Source: Nitrospinota bacterium
GTDB taxonomy: Bacteria; UBA8248
Reading direction: 5' to 3'
Assembly (NCBI GenBank): GCA_046581755.1
Contig: JAYGFR010000234.1
Coordinates: 1 to 10,281, forward strand
Length of the DNA stretch: 10,281 nt
Shown here: positions 7,984 through 10,281 of the stretch, piece after piece
Numbering within the stretch: the first letter of the stretch is position 1
Layout of the letters: each line of letters begins with the position of its first letter
Translations under genes and position numbers: made by a program
The notes under the pieces: model-generated
What the model was told of the DNA's origin: nothing
What the model saw: only the letters and a program-made list of their open reading frames with translations
The model's database searches: none

Positions 7984-9192
7984 TTAAAGCGTGGACACCA
8001 TCTGACCGGCGAGAGACCTGCCGATTTTCAGCAACCGGACATCGACCGTGTTATTGATGTGGTTCGTCATGAGCGCGTCCCGGAAAAATTTTTCCGCCGG
8101 GAACCCGCGCGTATACCCGTCCTTGCCGAAAATGTGCATGGCATTTTCGCATACCGACCTGGCGCAAATGGTGCTGAAATAGCTCGATATGGCCGCGTCC
8201 CGCTGAACATAGTGTTCCCGATTGTCCGAGCCCCATGCCGCCCTCCAAATCGCGCTTCTCGTCGCCTCGATCAGCGTCAGCATGTCGGCCAGGCGCACGG
8301 CAACGGCATCGTTCCGGATAAGGGGTTTGCCGCTTCGGATCGTTTTGCGGGCATGGGAAAGGGCGGCCTCATAAGCTCCCCTGGCAATCCCCAGGCCGAA
8401 CGTCGCGACCATCGGGGCCCCCCTTCCGTAGTGTCTCGCCCGATCGGAAAATCCCTCGTTTACGCCTATCAGGACGTCCGATTCCGGAACCCGGACATTT
8501 TCCAAAATGAGTTCGGCGTTCATAAGAAGCGCCCCGCCCACTTTGTCGTGGGTGCGGCCAATCCGGAGACCCGGGGTATCCCGCCACATGAGGAACTGGG
8601 TGGCTCCCTCCGGGGCCGGCGCCCGGGGGTCAGTCCTGCCAACGACAATAAAGATCCTGGCAAGGGTTGCGCAGGCGACGAAATGCTTGGTTCCGTTCAA
8701 CACCCATTCGTTTCCCTCCTTGACGGCGGAGAGCTGGATCCCGCCTTCCACGCCCCTATAGGGAAAGGTGTTGTCGGTTCCCGAGCCGGGCTCCGTCTGG
8801 CCGATGGAAATCAAGCAGGTGTCGTCCTCTATAAACGGGAGGAGATATTTTTTCTTCTGCTCCTCCGTCCCCTCCCTGCCGATGTGCTGGGACAGCCTCC
8901 AAACCTGGTGGAACGTGGCGGCGAACCCCGGCTCGACCGCCATCACCTCCTCCAGGAGGATGCAATGAGTCAGGGTGTCGAGGTCCCTTCCGCCGAGCCC
9001 CCTGGGAAGTCCGAGCGTGCGCAGCCCCATCTTGGAGGCGGCCTTGAGGGCTTCGAGCGGAAAACATCCCGCCGGGTCGATCTGGGACTTCCGGTCACAT
9101 TCGGCACCGATCGGTCTCAGCTCCTTCTCGCAAAATTCCCGTACAAGGCTTTGGAGTTCTAGCTGCTCGTCCGTCAGTCTCATGTCGACCAT
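7984..9192 (-). CDS. Acyl-CoA dehydrogenase-fold protein A (402 aa), putative flavin-ring/active-site subunit
   Basis: Start set to ATG 9192 (MVDMRLTDEQ, aligns with MVNFALTEDQ of the paralog, SD GAGGGA upstream) instead of the ORF-track 9387. Motifs GTEEQKKKYL, QTEPGSGTD, WVLNGTKHFV, EKFFRDA. Confidence 0.9.
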   Translation of the reverse strand: MVDMRLTDEQLELQSLVREFCEKELRPIGAECDRKSQIDPAGCFPLEALKAASKMGLRTLGLPRGLGGRDLDTLTHCILLEEVMAVEPGFAATFHQVWRLSQHIGREGTEEQKKKYLLPFIEDDTCLISIGQTEPGSGTDNTFPYRGVEGGIQLSAVKEGNEWVLNGTKHFVACATLARIFIVVGRTDPRAPAPEGATQFLMWRDTPGLRIGRTHDKVGGALLMNAELILENVRVPESDVLIGVNEGFSDRARHYGRGAPMVATFGLGIARGAYEAALSHARKTIRSGKPLIRNDAVAVRLADMLTLIEATRSAIWRAAWGSDNREHYVQRDAAISSYFSTICARSVCENAMHIFGKDGYTRGFPAEKFFRDALMTNHINNTVDVRLLKIGRSLAGQMVSTL

Positions 9193-9500
9193 TTTTCGTC
9201 CCTCGAAAAGGCCCTTCGGGAGTGGCGATGAATAATCTTTAGCAACATTATTATTCAATCCAGAATTATGCAGCAGCGCTCTCCGTTTAGCAATTTCCGA
9301 CCTTTTCTTCTTCCTCGGCGGTGCTTCCCACCGAGAAGTCCACAAAGTCTGTAAAAAGATACCCCCTTGGGTACCTGTACTCCGCAATAATTGGATCCCC
9401 TAAAGTTTCAGTACTTTTGAAATTTGAGAAAAATCCCATTCAAACTGGAATTTAAGACTTGACTGATTATTTGCACAGGACGAGGACGGGACATCCAAGC

Positions 9501-9523
9501 AGTCATCTGATGTTAGAATGACT
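9501..9523 (+). promoter_or_regulatory. Extended -10 promoter (TGtTAGAAT) overlapped by a palindromic candidate operator, upstream of the transporter
   Basis: TG-T-TAGAAT at 9511-9519; TCATC-T-GATGT at 9503-9513; outer AGTCAT…ATGACT inverted repeat 9501-9523. Confidence 0.45.
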
Positions 9524-9565
9524 CTATTCAAGTAACCCTGTGGAAAATGTCGGAAAGGATCACCT

Positions 9566-10281
9566 TTGCAGATCGACGCTGCGCTCTTTGCTGCCTTGGC
9601 CGCCGCCCTCTCCTACGCATGCGCAGACATGGCCGCTCGCGCTGGCCTGCAACACACCAACGTCTTTGTGGGATCGACGATCGCCTTGGCGAGCTCGTTC
9701 TTTTTCCTCTCGGTGGTCATCCTGATCCAGCGGACGCCCTTCCCCGCGCCGGGGACCCACTACCTATGGGTGGCCGCGGGGGGTGCCTGCAACCCCGGGA
9801 TGTTCTTCATTTTCTTTCTGATCGGAATATCCAAGATCGGCGTCTCCCGCGCCGCGCCAATCAAGGGCACCTCACCCCTCCTGGCAGCTCTGCTGGCCAT
9901 ACTCATCCTGGCCGAGCGTCCATCTTGGGTTCACCTGGTTGGGGTCTTCCTCGTCGTCTGTGGAATCGGCGTGATCACCTCGGGCGGCACGGGAGAGCGC
10001 TTCCGGCGGCGGGACGTCCTCTGGCCCATCGCCGGGGCGGTTGTCTCGGCATTTTCCGCCGTCTTCTGGCGGGCGGGCCTCCCCGCCTTCCCCGACTCCA
10101 TCGCGGGCTCGGCCGTCGGCGTGCTTACTGCACTCGCGGTCGTGGCAGCGTACACAGTCTTCGCCGCGAGAGGGGAGTTTTTAGAGGGCGTCCGGACGGC
10201 CTGGAAACCTTTCCTGCTTTGCGGCCTGGTGGCCGCAAGTGGCTACTTCTTCTACGCCAAGGCGCTTCAACTCGGCGAGGT
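9566..10281 (+). CDS. EamA / DMT-superfamily transporter, 3'-partial
   Basis: Not in the ORF track because there is no stop in the window. TTG at 9566 after SD AAAGGA is open to the end: MQIDAALFAALAAALSYACADMAARAGL…FFLIGISKIGVSRAAPIKGTSPLLAALLAILILAERPSWVHLVGVFLVVCGIGVI…YFFYAKALQLGE. Multiple hydrophobic helices in two EamA-like repeats. Confidence 0.9.
   Translation, partial: MQIDAALFAALAAALSYACADMAARAGLQHTNVFVGSTIALASSFFFLSVVILIQRTPFPAPGTHYLWVAAGGACNPGMFFIFFLIGISKIGVSRAAPIKGTSPLLAALLAILILAERPSWVHLVGVFLVVCGIGVITSGGTGERFRRRDVLWPIAGAVVSAFSAVFWRAGLPAFPDSIAGSAVGVLTALAVVAAYTVFAARGEFLEGVRTAWKPFLLCGLVAASGYFFYAKALQLGE

Noticed and set aside
9193..9387. 65-aa N-terminal extension of ACAD-A given by the ORF track
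   Set aside because: AT-rich, non-homologous sequence. ATG 9192 has an SD and aligns with the start of the paralog.
9460..9476. Sigma54-like element ending in TTGCA (also TGGCAC on the minus strand near 166-171)
   Set aside because: The invariant GG at -24 is missing here, and the GG-to-GC spacing is off by one at the other site.

Overview
Bacterial chromosomal window (GC-rich core genes, patchier lower-GC intergenic and accessory DNA) with three parts. (1) 1-2300 is a zone of decayed genes on both strands. It holds a truncated N-terminus of a class I Fe-S fumarate hydratase alpha subunit, a frameshifted orphan, an IS1380-family transposase remnant with an internal inversion and an amidohydrolase pseudogene, around one intact stand-alone GAF-domain gene. 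(2) An intact class II fumarase fumC (2314-3705) is followed by a complete 846-bp IS5-family element with perfect 17-bp terminal inverted repeats and a TA duplication. (3) A minus-strand four-gene oxidoreductase operon (two paralogous acyl-CoA dehydrogenase-fold genes, a Zn-MDR dehydrogenase, a 3-hydroxyacyl-CoA dehydrogenase-family gene) is divergent from an EamA/DMT transporter that runs off the window. The most notable signal is this operon. The two ACADs carry complementary halves of the FAD site, a pattern typical of alpha2beta2 heteromers, and neither has the catalytic Glu at a canonical position. The other two enzymes also have altered active-site motifs, which suggests an uncharacterised pathway rather than ordinary beta-oxidation. 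All family assignments are from manual motif recognition; no searches were run.
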